The notes beneath the pieces were generated by a model. It searched no databases. It was given only the letters and a program-made list of their open reading frames with translations, and was not told the origin of the DNA. Source: Octopus bimaculoides (lineage: Eukaryota). Taken from it: a DNA stretch of 34,054 nucleotides. Below, one piece after another: positions 10,696 to 20,726 of this stretch (positions are counted from its first letter, which is position 1; the number at the start of each line of letters is the position of its first letter). The position numbers and the translations under genes are program-made. The stretch is taken from the NCBI RefSeq assembly GCF_001194135.2, contig NC_068989.1, positions 36,341,655-36,375,708 of the forward strand. The letters are read 5' to 3'.

Positions 10696-11345
10696 AATGC
10701 AGAATGTATCATGAGCAGGATGAAGCAGTGGACCACATCTTAACTGGAAGCATAGCGCTTGCAAAAACCGAATATATTCATAAACACGATAGAGTAGTGC
10801 AATATATTCATTGGAAGATATGTAAACACTACCAGCTTCCAACTTCAGAAAGATGGTACCAGCATAAACCTGAAACTGTGACCGGAAAAGATGATGTAAC
10901 AGTACTCTGGGACATGCCAATCAACATCGATAAAGAAATCAAGGAAAACAGGCCGGACATAATCATCAAATATGGGAAGAATAAGAAATGCTTAATGATA
11001 GATGTGACAGTACCATCAGAGAGAAATGTGTCCATTAAAGAAGTTGAAAAGTTATTTAAGTACAAAGACCTAGAAATAGAATTGACCAAGATGTAGGGAA
11101 TGAAAAGCAGCACAGCACCAGTGGTGATTGGAGTTTTAGGGCTAATTAAAAAGGGCCTTGATAAGCAGCTCAACAAACTCCCTTGCAGTGTTAACGTGGG
11201 AGAACTTCAGAAAATAGTGTTACTAGGTTCCGCACACATTTTACGCTGTGTACTCTACATAAGATGAGGACCTGTTGTGACCCTAGGGTCAAGGGATGAC
11301 CCCGGTTCAGCAGAAGACAATGGACCATATTTTATTTTTTAAAAA
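10696..11345 (+). mobile_element. R4/Dong-like RLE LINE 3' fragment (copy D)
   Basis: CRMYHEQDEAVDHIL; HDRVVQYIHW; NRPDIIIK...CLMIDVTVPSERNV...KYKDLEIE; LQKIVLLGSAHILR (stop 11265-11267), followed by (AAT)n. Confidence 0.92.
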
Positions 11346-11365
11346 GTAATAATAATAATGATAAT

Positions 11366-11507
11366 GGTTTCAAATTTTGCCACAAGGGCAGCACTCGACC
11401 CCGAAAGGATGAAGAGCAAAGTTGACTTCAGTGGAATTTGAATTCGGAACGGAGCGAAGGGCGAAATACCGCAAAGCATGCTAACGATTCTGCCAGCTCG
11501 GCGCCTT
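11366..11507 (-). mobile_element. tRNA-derived SINE family B with internal deletion
   Basis: Minus strand AAGGCGCCGAGCTGGCAGAATCGTTAG (A-box)...GAATTCAAATTCC (B-box)...CTTTCGGGGTCGA; 3' end CAAAATTTGAAACC followed by (ATT)n. Confidence 0.85.
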
Positions 11508-11519
11508 AATAAATCATAA

Positions 11520-11702
11520 TAATCCTTTCTACTATAGGCACACAAAGTCTGGGCGGGGGGCAGTCGATTACATCGATCCCAGTGCGAAAGGATGAAAGGC
11601 AAAGTCAACCTCGGTGGAATTTGAACTCAGAATGTTGCGACGGGCGAAATATCGCTATGCATTTCGACCGGCGCGCTAACAATTCTGCCAGCTCGCCTCC
11701 TT
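11520..11702 (-). mobile_element. tRNA-derived SINE family B
   Basis: Minus strand AAGGAGGCGAGCTGGCAGAATTGTTAG...GAGTTCAAATTCC...; tail GCCTATAGTAGAAAGGATT. Confidence 0.88.
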
Positions 11703-11716
11703 AATAATAATAATGA

Positions 11717-11717
<1 letters not shown>

Positions 11718-11747
<30 letters not shown>

Positions 11748-11836
11748 AAGAAGAAGAAGAAGAAGAAGAAGAAGAAGAAGAAGAAGAAGAAGAAGAAGAA
11801 GAAGAAGAAGAAGAAGAAGAAGAAGAAGAAGAAGAA
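11718..11836. repeat. Pure (AAG)n microsatellite, about 119 bp
   Basis: Uninterrupted AAG array. Confidence 0.97.
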
Positions 11837-12645
11837 CCAAAGAGATCCAAATAGTGACAAACCTATCATTGATGCAAATAGCATCAAACAAAAAGCAAAG
11901 AAGGCTTGCATGAATAATATCGATGACAACTGGAAAGGTAAACTCTTACATGGAAAATACACTAACCGCCTGTCAAAGCCAGATATTGATCAAAATCTAA
12001 CACGCCAATGGCTACAAGAGACAGGTCTTAAAGAGGAAACAGAAGGCTTTGTTATTGCAGCGCACAATCAGAGCTTACCTACCAGAAACTACAATGCAAA
12101 CGCCCTTAAAGATGGATCTGACCCTTTCACAGAGACAATTGATCATGTTCCTGGCTTCCCAGTCCTCATTGAAAAGGAGTACCTCATAAGACATGACAGA
12201 CTAAGGCAATACATCCACTGGAATGCTTGCAAATACTACAAAATTAAATCCCATGATGAGTTATACAGGAACCATCCAGAGGATGTAGTAAATGGCGAGG
12301 ACATCACCATCCTTTGGAACTTGCTAATACAAACAAACAGAAAAATTGACTCCAATCGACCAGACATTGTGATCAAGGACTACAACAGGGGAACTTGTCT
12401 GTTAATGGATATGTCTGTCTCACAGGATCAAAATTCCCAAGAAGGGAATACGAAAAGCTTTCTCACTAAAAAGATCTGCAAATTGAAATCACGAAAACAT
12501 GGAAGCTTAGAACTGCAATAATACCAGTAGTAATTGGTGCGTTGGGAATGATAAAGAAGGGAGCTGAGAAATATATTAAGCAACTCCCTAGTATCTCCAA
12601 TTTCCGTGAACTACAAAAGATAACCTTGATGGGTACAGCCCATAT
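11837..12645 (+). mobile_element. R4/Dong-like RLE LINE 3' fragment (copy E, left part)
   Basis: WKGKLLHGKY; WLQETGLKEETEGFVIAAHNQSLPTRNY; RHDRLRQYIHW; NRPDIVIKD...CLLMDMSV; VVIGALGMIK; LQKITLMGTAH. The first CxxC of the knuckle is missing between GSDP and TETIDH. Confidence 0.92.
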
Positions 12646-13929
12646 ATCAGGTCATCCCATAAGTTCTGTCCGATTTTACCATTTTTAAAATTGAATGAAA
12701 TTTAATAGTATTTTAGAATGTCTAATGGAATTTAAAATTATTTTTATGCATTTGTGTACATTTAAACTAATTAAATACTATTTTACAGAATAATAGAATT
12801 AACATTTTTTTAATTAAAACCCTTTCTAACATGGAAGTATCCAAAGATCATTTGAGGCACATAATGCTTTATGAGTACAAAAAAAAGGAAACTCTGCTGC
12901 CGAAGCGACTCGAAACATACACTCAGCTTATGGGAAAGAATGCTTGAATGAAAGAACTTGCAGAAGATGGTTTGCAAAATTCAGTAGTGGAGATTTCAGC
13001 CTTGAAAAGGAAGATCGAACAGGACGTCCAGTTGAGTTTGATGATAAGCTCTTTGAGGCGTTACTTGAAGAAAATCCTGCATTATCAGTTGAAGAATTGG
13101 CAATAAAGCTTAGTTCAAACAATACAACTGTTCATCGTCATCTTCAACAACTTGGAAAAGTCCCTAAACTTGGAAAATGGGTGCCTCATGAATTGTCCGA
13201 AAGCAACCGCGTATCCCGAGTTGACATCTGCTCTTCTCTCCATTCTCGCGAACTCATTTCACCCTTTTTGGATAGACTTGTAACTGGTGACGAAAAATGG
13301 ATCTTCTATCGAAATGTTAAACGTCGTAAACAGTGGCTTGGTAAAAAGGAAAAAGCTCAACCACAACAGAGAAGGGAACTTCATGGAAAAAAGGTTCTTT
13401 TCTCTATCTGGTGGGATTGCAAAGGAGTAATTCACTTTGAATTGTTACCACCTAATGCAACAATCAATGCTCTGTCAGCAATTAGAGCGTTTGAACCTAG
13501 CTTTGAAGAAAAAAGACTCGCTTTAGTGAATCGAAAAAGAGTGATGTTTCATCAGGACAATTTTCAACCCCAAACTGCAAAGATCACATCACAGAAGATC
13601 GAAGAGCTTGGTCGAGAAAAAAATTCTTCATCCACCTTATTCTCCCGACCGTGCTCCTTCAGACTACCATTTGTTTTGTAGTTTACAGAATCATTTTGGG
13701 GACATAACTTTCGCAAACCAGGAGGAGGTCGAAACTGACATTCCAGAGTTCTTCGCTTTGAAACCAAAAGAGTTTTACATTGAGGGGATTAAAAAGGTTG
13801 TAAATAGATGGAAGGAAGTCATAGATAATCAGAGAAAGTACATTGATGATTAAATTTCAATTAAATATAACATTTGAACACTTGTCTTCTTTATTCAAAA
13901 TTCGGACAGAACTTATGGGATGACCTGAT
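12646..13929 (+). mobile_element. Full-length mariner (Tc1/mariner, D,D34D) DNA transposon, about 1.28 kb
   Basis: TIRs ATCAGGTCATCCCATAAGTTCTGTCCGATTTT (from 12646) and AAAATTCGGACAGAACTTATGGGATGACCTGAT (to 13929) with one indel; contains a transposase pseudogene. Confidence 0.95.
12831..13853 (+). pseudogene. Mariner transposase pseudogene
   Basis: ATG at 12831; motifs WFAKF, GRP, WVPHEL, TGDEKW, HQDN, HPPYSPDRAPSDYHLF. Frameshifts near the 12877-12886 A-run and near 13615, and a deletion near 13470. Confidence 0.93.
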
Positions 13930-14082
13930 CCTACGAAAAGCACTCCCCATCTAAAATGGAATAAATGTGGTGATAATTATTGTATGCATAGCAAAACAAA
14001 AGTGCCTTTGCTACTCTTGGCCTCCGGAGGATGCCCGGTACTAAGGCAGCTGAAATAAAGTTATAATGAAAGGAAACCATAA
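13930..14082 (+). mobile_element. R4/Dong-like RLE LINE copy E, right part (ORF end and 3' UTR)
   Basis: Joining 12645 to 13930 restores GGT ACA GCC CAT ATC CTA CGA AAA GCA CTC (GTAHILRKAL); ends at (AAT)(GAT)n. Confidence 0.88.
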
Positions 14083-14121
14083 ATAATAATGATGATGATG
14101 ATGATGATGATGATGATGGTG

Positions 14122-14765
14122 ATTTCTTTTATTGGACACAAGGGCCCAAGACATAGAGAACAATATCGAAGGAGGAGTTACAGCACAAAAAAATTACAAA
14201 AACTACAAAAACATGTGGAGTTAATATCAATCAAGGGGAGACACTACCACATTAAAGGATATAACAGAGGGTATACAATAGAAAGTGAATAAATAAATAA
14301 ATAAATAAATAGAATCTCCAATAGCAGGCTAGCCAACTTAGGATAAACTGGGGTAAACTCCACACAAGAATCCCGGATTACTCTGCCATCTCCAAGGCAC
14401 GGGAAAGTGCTCTCTTCCAGTTTTTTCCTCCTGTTTAGAAAAGCATATTCAAAGTGGATCCATTCAGTCTCACCAGTCTTGCCACTATCGACCACAAGGC
14501 AGTACCTCCCTCTCTATCCTCACCTTCCTCTTCAAATGATATTTGAAGAAATTGATGAGGACTTGACCAGATAGGAATGTACCTGATTTCAAACCTTTCA
14601 GACGGTTCCACCACACAGCCTCTTTTGTTACAGCCAAAACAACAGAGAAAGACCTGCCTTCCTTCTCTGCTAAGGGAAAGTGGTGCGTCGATCTTCTCTA
14701 TACACCCGGCGGGCAGCTGAATTCGTCTTACACGCGACAACAGCTGCTCTGCATTAATAACTGTA
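14122..14765 (-). mobile_element. Tx1/L1-clade-like LINE 3' fragment
   Basis: Minus-strand decayed ORF ...AEQLLSRVRRIQL...KEAVWWNRLKGLKSGTFLSGQVLINFFKYHLKRKVRIEREVL..., then a T-rich 3' UTR, an AATAAA signal near 14127-14132, and a (CAT)n run. Clade assignment is from recollection of L1/Tx1 C-termini. Confidence 0.6.
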
Positions 14766-14978
14766 AGCCAAGATATAGACAAATGGCTGAAGGAAATTGA
14801 AATAAATGCCCGGTAGATATTGTACTGAAAGTTTGTCCCTTAAGGACAGCAAGGATTATTAGAAGGTTCTAAGCACTTGAAAGACTGCTGAAACTTGTAG
14901 ATGCCTAAGGTTACAGGTAGTAACCCGCTAGCCACATAAATTCTGCCGGAATATGACCACACTTGAGCCAAACCAAAT
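14763..14978 (+). mobile_element. R4/Dong-like RLE LINE extreme 3' end (copy F)
   Basis: VSQDIDKWLKEIEI / CPVDIVLKVCPLRTARIIRR, then 3' UTR and AATAATAAT at 14979. Confidence 0.75.
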
Positions 14979-16479
14979 TAATAATAATGAAGAGGAGACA
15001 ATACCAAATCCTTAATTTTGTCTTATAAGCGATGAAGGTAAATTATAAAAGTTACTAAGTTTAATTCGAGGATAGAGAAACATTTATTTAGTAAAATAGA
15101 AACATATCTTACATGACACACTCCAGAATAGCGACAGCTACCCTGCTCTGTACCTGTTGTATTCTCCGGCTCCCAGGCGCATGCTTATTATAGACCCATG
15201 CATGCAGACCATTTGGCCACTATACCCACCTTTACTCATCTTTACTGGCGGTAGTTATCTCAGTCATGCGATCCTCTACGTCAAAGGTTTGGTCGACGAG
15301 CAAAACACGTTCTCAGATAATCTTAATTTAGTAATGCCAAACTGTTCTCTTTATCAGCTGTCGTTTGCAACTTGTCTTTGTTGTTTCTCATCAGCAGAAA
15401 CACGCCATTACGGTTGTAAGAACGCAATAATCGTGCAACTGAAGTTATCGTTAACAAAAAAAAAAAAAAAGAAGGAAAAAAGGAAAATTAAACTGTCTTT
15501 TCTTTATATCTATTTTCCGTTGACCCAATTCTTTTGAGGATGTCTTCGGAATGTTAACAGTGTTTTGCACTGGAAGAAATTACTTATTAACTTATATTTT
15601 TCCCTCATGAAGTTATTTCGTCTTTTGAAGTTGATACTGTCTCCTCCGACAGCAATTTCATTAATTTTTTGTTTTTACTTAATGAATAGCAAGAGTTATC
15701 CCTCGTTTAGCATTTATGTTTAGATGAAAGCATAATTTTGTGTAATATCAACATGAGTCTGTTATAAAGCTTTGTAGGAAAACCATATTATAATTCAGAG
15801 CATAAAATGGCTGACAATAATATGACATCTGTAAATAACCACTGCTACATTTGCCCTGACTCCTCTGGACTAGCAGGCAGTGTTCTACTGCCACCCAAGC
15901 TTACCCGATGCTCCAGCCTTCCCTCTTCGAATCACTCTGAGTGTGTTCTAATTCTCTGCTTCATATGAACACTTGACGAAATCCTTCACCGCGTCTGACT
16001 TTAATTCTGCAGAACATACTTCCGCTCAAATCTTCCTAACTTATGTTTATATATATATATATATGAAAATTCCTAATACTGTTTTTAAGTATAAAGGAGA
16101 TACTTTTAAAAAGATAATTTTTTTTACAAAGTTATAAAATCAATTATCGGAATGTTACTAACCTTTTTGGAAGAAGTTGTTTTTCCTAGTGTGTGCGAGC
16201 GCTTTCGATTAATCTTTTCAAACACACACACACAATATATATATATATGATGAAGATCAAATATATGAACAGCAACAATCTGAGAGGGTGTAAAGAAAAT
16301 GGAAGTGTTTTTGAATAGCTAAGAAGTTATCTCGCTAACAGCTCGTCTTTCTGTAGATCCTCTACACTCAGCTTACATTTACTGTTGGTAACTCTGCACC
16401 CACCCCATACACAGACGCACGCACACACGTACACACACACACACGCACAGACACTCACACACACACACGTACACACACA

Positions 16480-16517
<38 letters not shown>

Positions 16518-16588
16518 GGGTGATATCTATGTATATTTATGTGTGTGTACATACACAAACCTGAAATCTTGTGCTAGTCATATTGATT

Positions 16589-17129
16589 GGAAATTTTGGC
16601 ACAAGGCCAGCAGTTTCGAGTGGATACCTCGATTGCATCGGTCCCATATTTTATCGACCCTGTACATATTTTATCGATCCTGTAAGGATGAAATGTAAAG
16701 CTGACCTCGGTGGAATTTGATCTCAAGACATTAAGACGTACGAAATGCCGCTAAGCTTTTTCACCTGACCGTTCCAACAACTCTGCCAGCTCACCGCCCT
16801 AGAGCTAGTCATAATATTCTCTTCTACTCAAGGCACAAGGCCCGAAATTTGGGGGGAGAGGGCCAGTCGATTAGATCGAACCAGTACGTAACTGGTACTT
16901 AATTTATTGACCCCGAAAGGATGAAAGGCAAAGTTGGCCTCGGCAGAGTTTGAACTCAGAAATACCGATTTGGGGGATGGGGTAGGTTGATTAACTCGTA
17001 CTTATTTTATCGACCCCTAATGGGATGAAAGTCGACCTCGGCGGAATTTGAACTAAGAACGTTAAGACGGACGAAATGGCGCTAAGCATTTTGCCCGGCG
17101 TACTAACGATTCTGCCAGTCCGCTACCTT
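16589..17129 (-). mobile_element. Three tandem SINE family B copies (16589-16800, 16813-16966, 16967-17129)
   Basis: Repeated TTTATCGACCC...GGATGAAA...GACCTCGG(T/C)GGAATTTGAACT and CTGCCAG head motifs. Confidence 0.88.
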
Positions 17130-17589
17130 CCGATGCTGGTAATATTGGTGACGATGCTGGAAAAAGGTGGTGTNNNNNNNNNNNNNNNNNNNNNNNNNNN
17201 NNNNNNNNNNNNNNNNNNNNNNNNNNNNNNNNNNNNNNNNNNNNNNNNNNNNNNNNNNNNNNNNNNNNNNNNNNNNNNNNNNNNNNNNNNNNNNNNNNNN
17301 NNNNNNNNNNNNNNNNNNNNNNNNNNNNNNNNNNNNNNNNNNNNNNNNNNNNNNNNNNNNNNNNNNNNNNNNNNNNNNNNNNNNNNNNNNNNNNNNNNNN
17401 NNNNNNNNNNNNNNNNNNNNNNNNNNNNNNNNNNNNNNNNNNNNNNNNNNNNNNNNNNNNNNNNNNNNNNNNNNNNNNNNNNNNNNNNNNNNNNNNNNNN
17501 NNNNNNNNNNNNNNAAGCGGGTGAAATAAAGATCAAGGGACATAAGGCAGCCGCTGCCAAAATAACCCGAGGGAAGTTAAGCAACTGAT

Positions 17590-17676
17590 CTCTCTCTCTC
17601 TCTCTCTCTCTCTTTCTAAATAAACAATTGATCTCTTTCAGATTTTCCCTCATTTCCCACTCCGCCTCTCTCTCTA

Positions 17677-17730
<54 letters not shown>

Positions 17731-18001
17731 GATAGATAGATAGATAAATAGATAGATAGATAGATAGATAGATAAACGTATATCTATCTATCTAGCTAGC
17801 TAGCTAGCTATCTATCTAACTTTGACATCTAGACAGTTATCTATCTGTCTGCCTGTATACCTGCCTGTCATTCGGCTTGCCTGTCTGACTGTCTCTGGAA
17901 TAAGCCTGCAAACTTGTCTTGCGGTCATCAACTGGATAAAACGGATGGGAAATGTTGCGCGCACATGTGTGCGTGTGCGCGTGTGTGCGTGCGCGCGTGT
18001 A

Positions 18002-18040
<39 letters not shown>

Positions 18041-18160
18041 GTGTGTGTGTGTGAATGAGAGAGTTAATGTGCATGTGAATGTGTGTCTGTATGTAAATGC
18101 TTGCGTGTATGATGCGAGTGCGTGTGTGAATGTATGTGTAAATGTGTATGTATGAATGTA
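17590..18160. repeat. (CT)n, (GATA)n, (CTAG)n and (TG/CG)n microsatellites
   Basis: Visible arrays. Confidence 0.9.
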
Positions 18161-18637
18161 TGTGTATGTTACATCGTCACTGATGACATATGCGTGTGTC
18201 TGTAACAATATATCACAGTACCATGTATAACCATATAACAATAAGCAATGTAACAAGAGTTGGTTATCTTATAACCGTTCGCACAATAACAAATCCAATA
18301 CTCCAACGCAGAAACAATAACGAGATTAATGCTCTCATAGTCCGACCTCAACTGTCTACTGGTTCATTTATTTATAAGATTCGTCCAGTCCAGTGACAGT
18401 CACGTGCGGAGGTGTTAGTTCACTCTGCAACATGTATGGAAAAAGGTGAGTGTGTGAGTGTGTGAGTGAATGGGTGTATGTGAGTACATACATTTTCGAT
18501 CTGAGCTTTAAGCCTCACCGTTTCTGCTTCCATAATGTTTCGCTTTATTGTGTTCGATCTCCTTCAGCTGCCTCCCCACAACACCAAAAAAGTATTGAAT
18601 TTCAATTGAACTGATAAACTGTTACGTATAGCCCACC

Positions 18638-18952
18638 AAAGTCGTGAGCTCGCATTCTCCACCCATCAACTATCCAAAGCCATGAGGCCTCACACCAATT
18701 GTCCTGAAGACTGCCCAGAACTGTAAGGGCGCCAGGTTACTGTCCAGAACAGTTAAGCCCCACTGGCGACAACTCAGAGCTGTGAGGCCACTTGACGACT
18801 TCCCTGAGCCGTGAGGCCTCCGGTTACCGCTCAGAGACGTGAGGCATCCTGGCAATTGTCCACTGACGTGAAACCTCCTGGCAACTACCCATAGATAGGC
18901 GTGAGGTTTCCTAACGACCGTCTAAAGCCGCGAGGTCTCCGGGGGACTTCCC
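18638..18952. repeat. Degenerate 29-bp GC-rich minisatellite
   Basis: GTGAGG-like anchors at 18782, 18811, 18839, 18868, 18901 and 18930 (spacings 29, 28, 29, 33, 29); approximate unit AGAGCCGTGAGGCCTCCTGGCAACTGTCC. Confidence 0.8.
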
Positions 18953-19930
18953 AGCGATCATATACCTTAAGACGGCATTGAGTATGCCAAGTATTGATAA
19001 ATATTTGACCCATAGAACAAATTTATGACAAGTACATAAATGTATTTCAGCCAGGGTGATCATATTATATTGAACTCTTGTACCTCTGACTAGTTTGTTC
19101 GACCACACACACAATTTATTATATCATATTATATTATTTTATATAGTACATTATGTTATATGATTTGATTTGATTTTATATATTAACCCTTTGGTTTTTC
19201 TGGGTCTCATTTAAAATTTTGTCTATAGTTACCATGCTCCAAATATACTATGCTTGACTTCGATATTCTTTTCTTCTAACAAGAACTTCCTAACGTTCTT
19301 CGGTTCTGATTTTATGTGGAACTATCACGTTTCAGTTGTTTAACTCTTTCCATAATATCTCTGATATCGTTCGAATTCTTTACGTTGTTTGCATGAGCTC
19401 AAACAAAACCAATATAAGAACGTCTCCAAATCCCCGGCAGGAACCTGTGGGCTGGAGTAATGGTGAAATATTTTTTATCATCTGCTTAACAAGTAGATGA
19501 TAGAAAATATTTCATCTGTTCAATCGCAAGTAACATTCCCTGTTGATCTGTTATCTGTTTCCATAACTAGCGGAACTAAAACAATGCAAAATGATGTAAT
19601 CTATTCAAAATCGCTTTAGAACATGTTTTACCAAATTGTATTTAAAAGTTAATGAAGATGTATGGATAAATTTTATTCAGTCTACCACAAACTGTAAGTT
19701 ATACTTGCTCTCGCCACAAACTTCATAAAGCATTAACTTCGTTCATTTTAAACCTCCACTCCAAAATCCAGCTTTAGCTTATGTCCTCTCAGTTTCCACA
19801 TATTTATATGTCTCGACAAACGAGGACTAACTTCACTCTGTCCATCGCACAGAGAATATCTTTGCGTGCGTTAATATACGAACATTGATCCCAGTATAAC
19901 CGTTATAAGCCTAAAAAATATGGCAATATT

Positions 19931-20122
19931 CTTTTCTACTCTAGGTATAAGGCCCGAAATTTTGGAGAAGGAGGCCAGTCGATTACATCGACCCCAGTAC
20001 GCAACTAGCACGTAATTTATCGACCCCGAAAGGATGAAAGGCAAACTCGACCTCAGCGGAATTTGAACTCAGAACGTAAAGACAGACGAAATACCGCTAA
20101 CATTTCTGCCAGCTCGCCGCCT
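19931..20122 (-). mobile_element. SINE family B with perfect 19-bp target-site duplication
   Basis: TAAAAAATATGGCAATATT at 19912-19930 and 20123-20141 flanks a copy with head AAGGCGGCGAGCTGGCAGAA and B-box GAGTTCAAATTCC. Confidence 0.93.
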
Positions 20123-20289
20123 TAAAAAATATGGCAATATTGATGGAAGCGGTAAATTCTACGTCGCACATTTTCTTTATTTTCTTCTCTTTCCTCATTT
20201 CCTGTTTTCTCTTCATTTTCTTCTTCATGCTCGTTTTCTTCATTTTCTACCTCTTCCTCCTCTACTCCTGCACTTCAATCACTGCTTCA

Positions 20290-20378
20290 TCTTCCTTATT
20301 TTCTTCTTCTTCTTCTTCTTCGTCGTCGTCGTTGTCGTCGTCGTCGTCACCACCACCACCACCATCATCATCATCATT
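20290..20378. repeat. Compound trinucleotide array (TCT)n(TCG)n(CCA)n(TCA)n
   Basis: Visible. Confidence 0.9.
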
Positions 20379-20726
20379 TCTCATTTCCATCTTCGTTATA
20401 GCTTCGTTATAGCTTATTTATTTATTTATTTCGAACTATCGTCTGTGAGTCAGAGAATTATCTTCTCTCGAATCCCCCAATTCTATAAACTTCGCCAAAT
20501 ATTTCTATAATTACCCACCCATTTCTCCTGCCTCCTCCACCGCCACCACTGTCTCCTCTCTGCCGCCGCCATCGTTTGGTCGCTGGTGCTGCTGATAAAT
20601 CAACAGCCAAAAAGAAGGACTTTCGACCAGACAATATCATTGAAATAAAGCGACAATATTAAAAAAAAACCATAAATAAATATAAATAAATGATACCCCT
20701 TCTCTCCCTCCCTTTTACATACAGTT

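Noticed and set aside
11713-11913. Poly-Arg (protamine-like), poly-Phe and poly-Leu ORFs
   Set aside because: Translation of the (AAG)n microsatellite.
15157-15537. 126-aa + strand ORF
   Set aside because: No recognisable motif, ends in a poly-A-derived Lys run, and has no supporting gene signals.
15905-16007. Minus-strand segment ending in a good GG|GTAAGC donor
   Set aside because: All three frames from the CTGCAG acceptor contain stops; shorter alternatives are arbitrary.
18638-18952. CRISPR-like periodicity
   Set aside because: Whole units are degenerate copies of each other with no constant repeat/unique spacer structure, no cas genes, and a eukaryotic context.
20131-20640. Ser/Pro-rich ORF and GC-rich patch resembling a promoter or first exon
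   Set aside because: Explained by compound trinucleotide repeats; no independent support.
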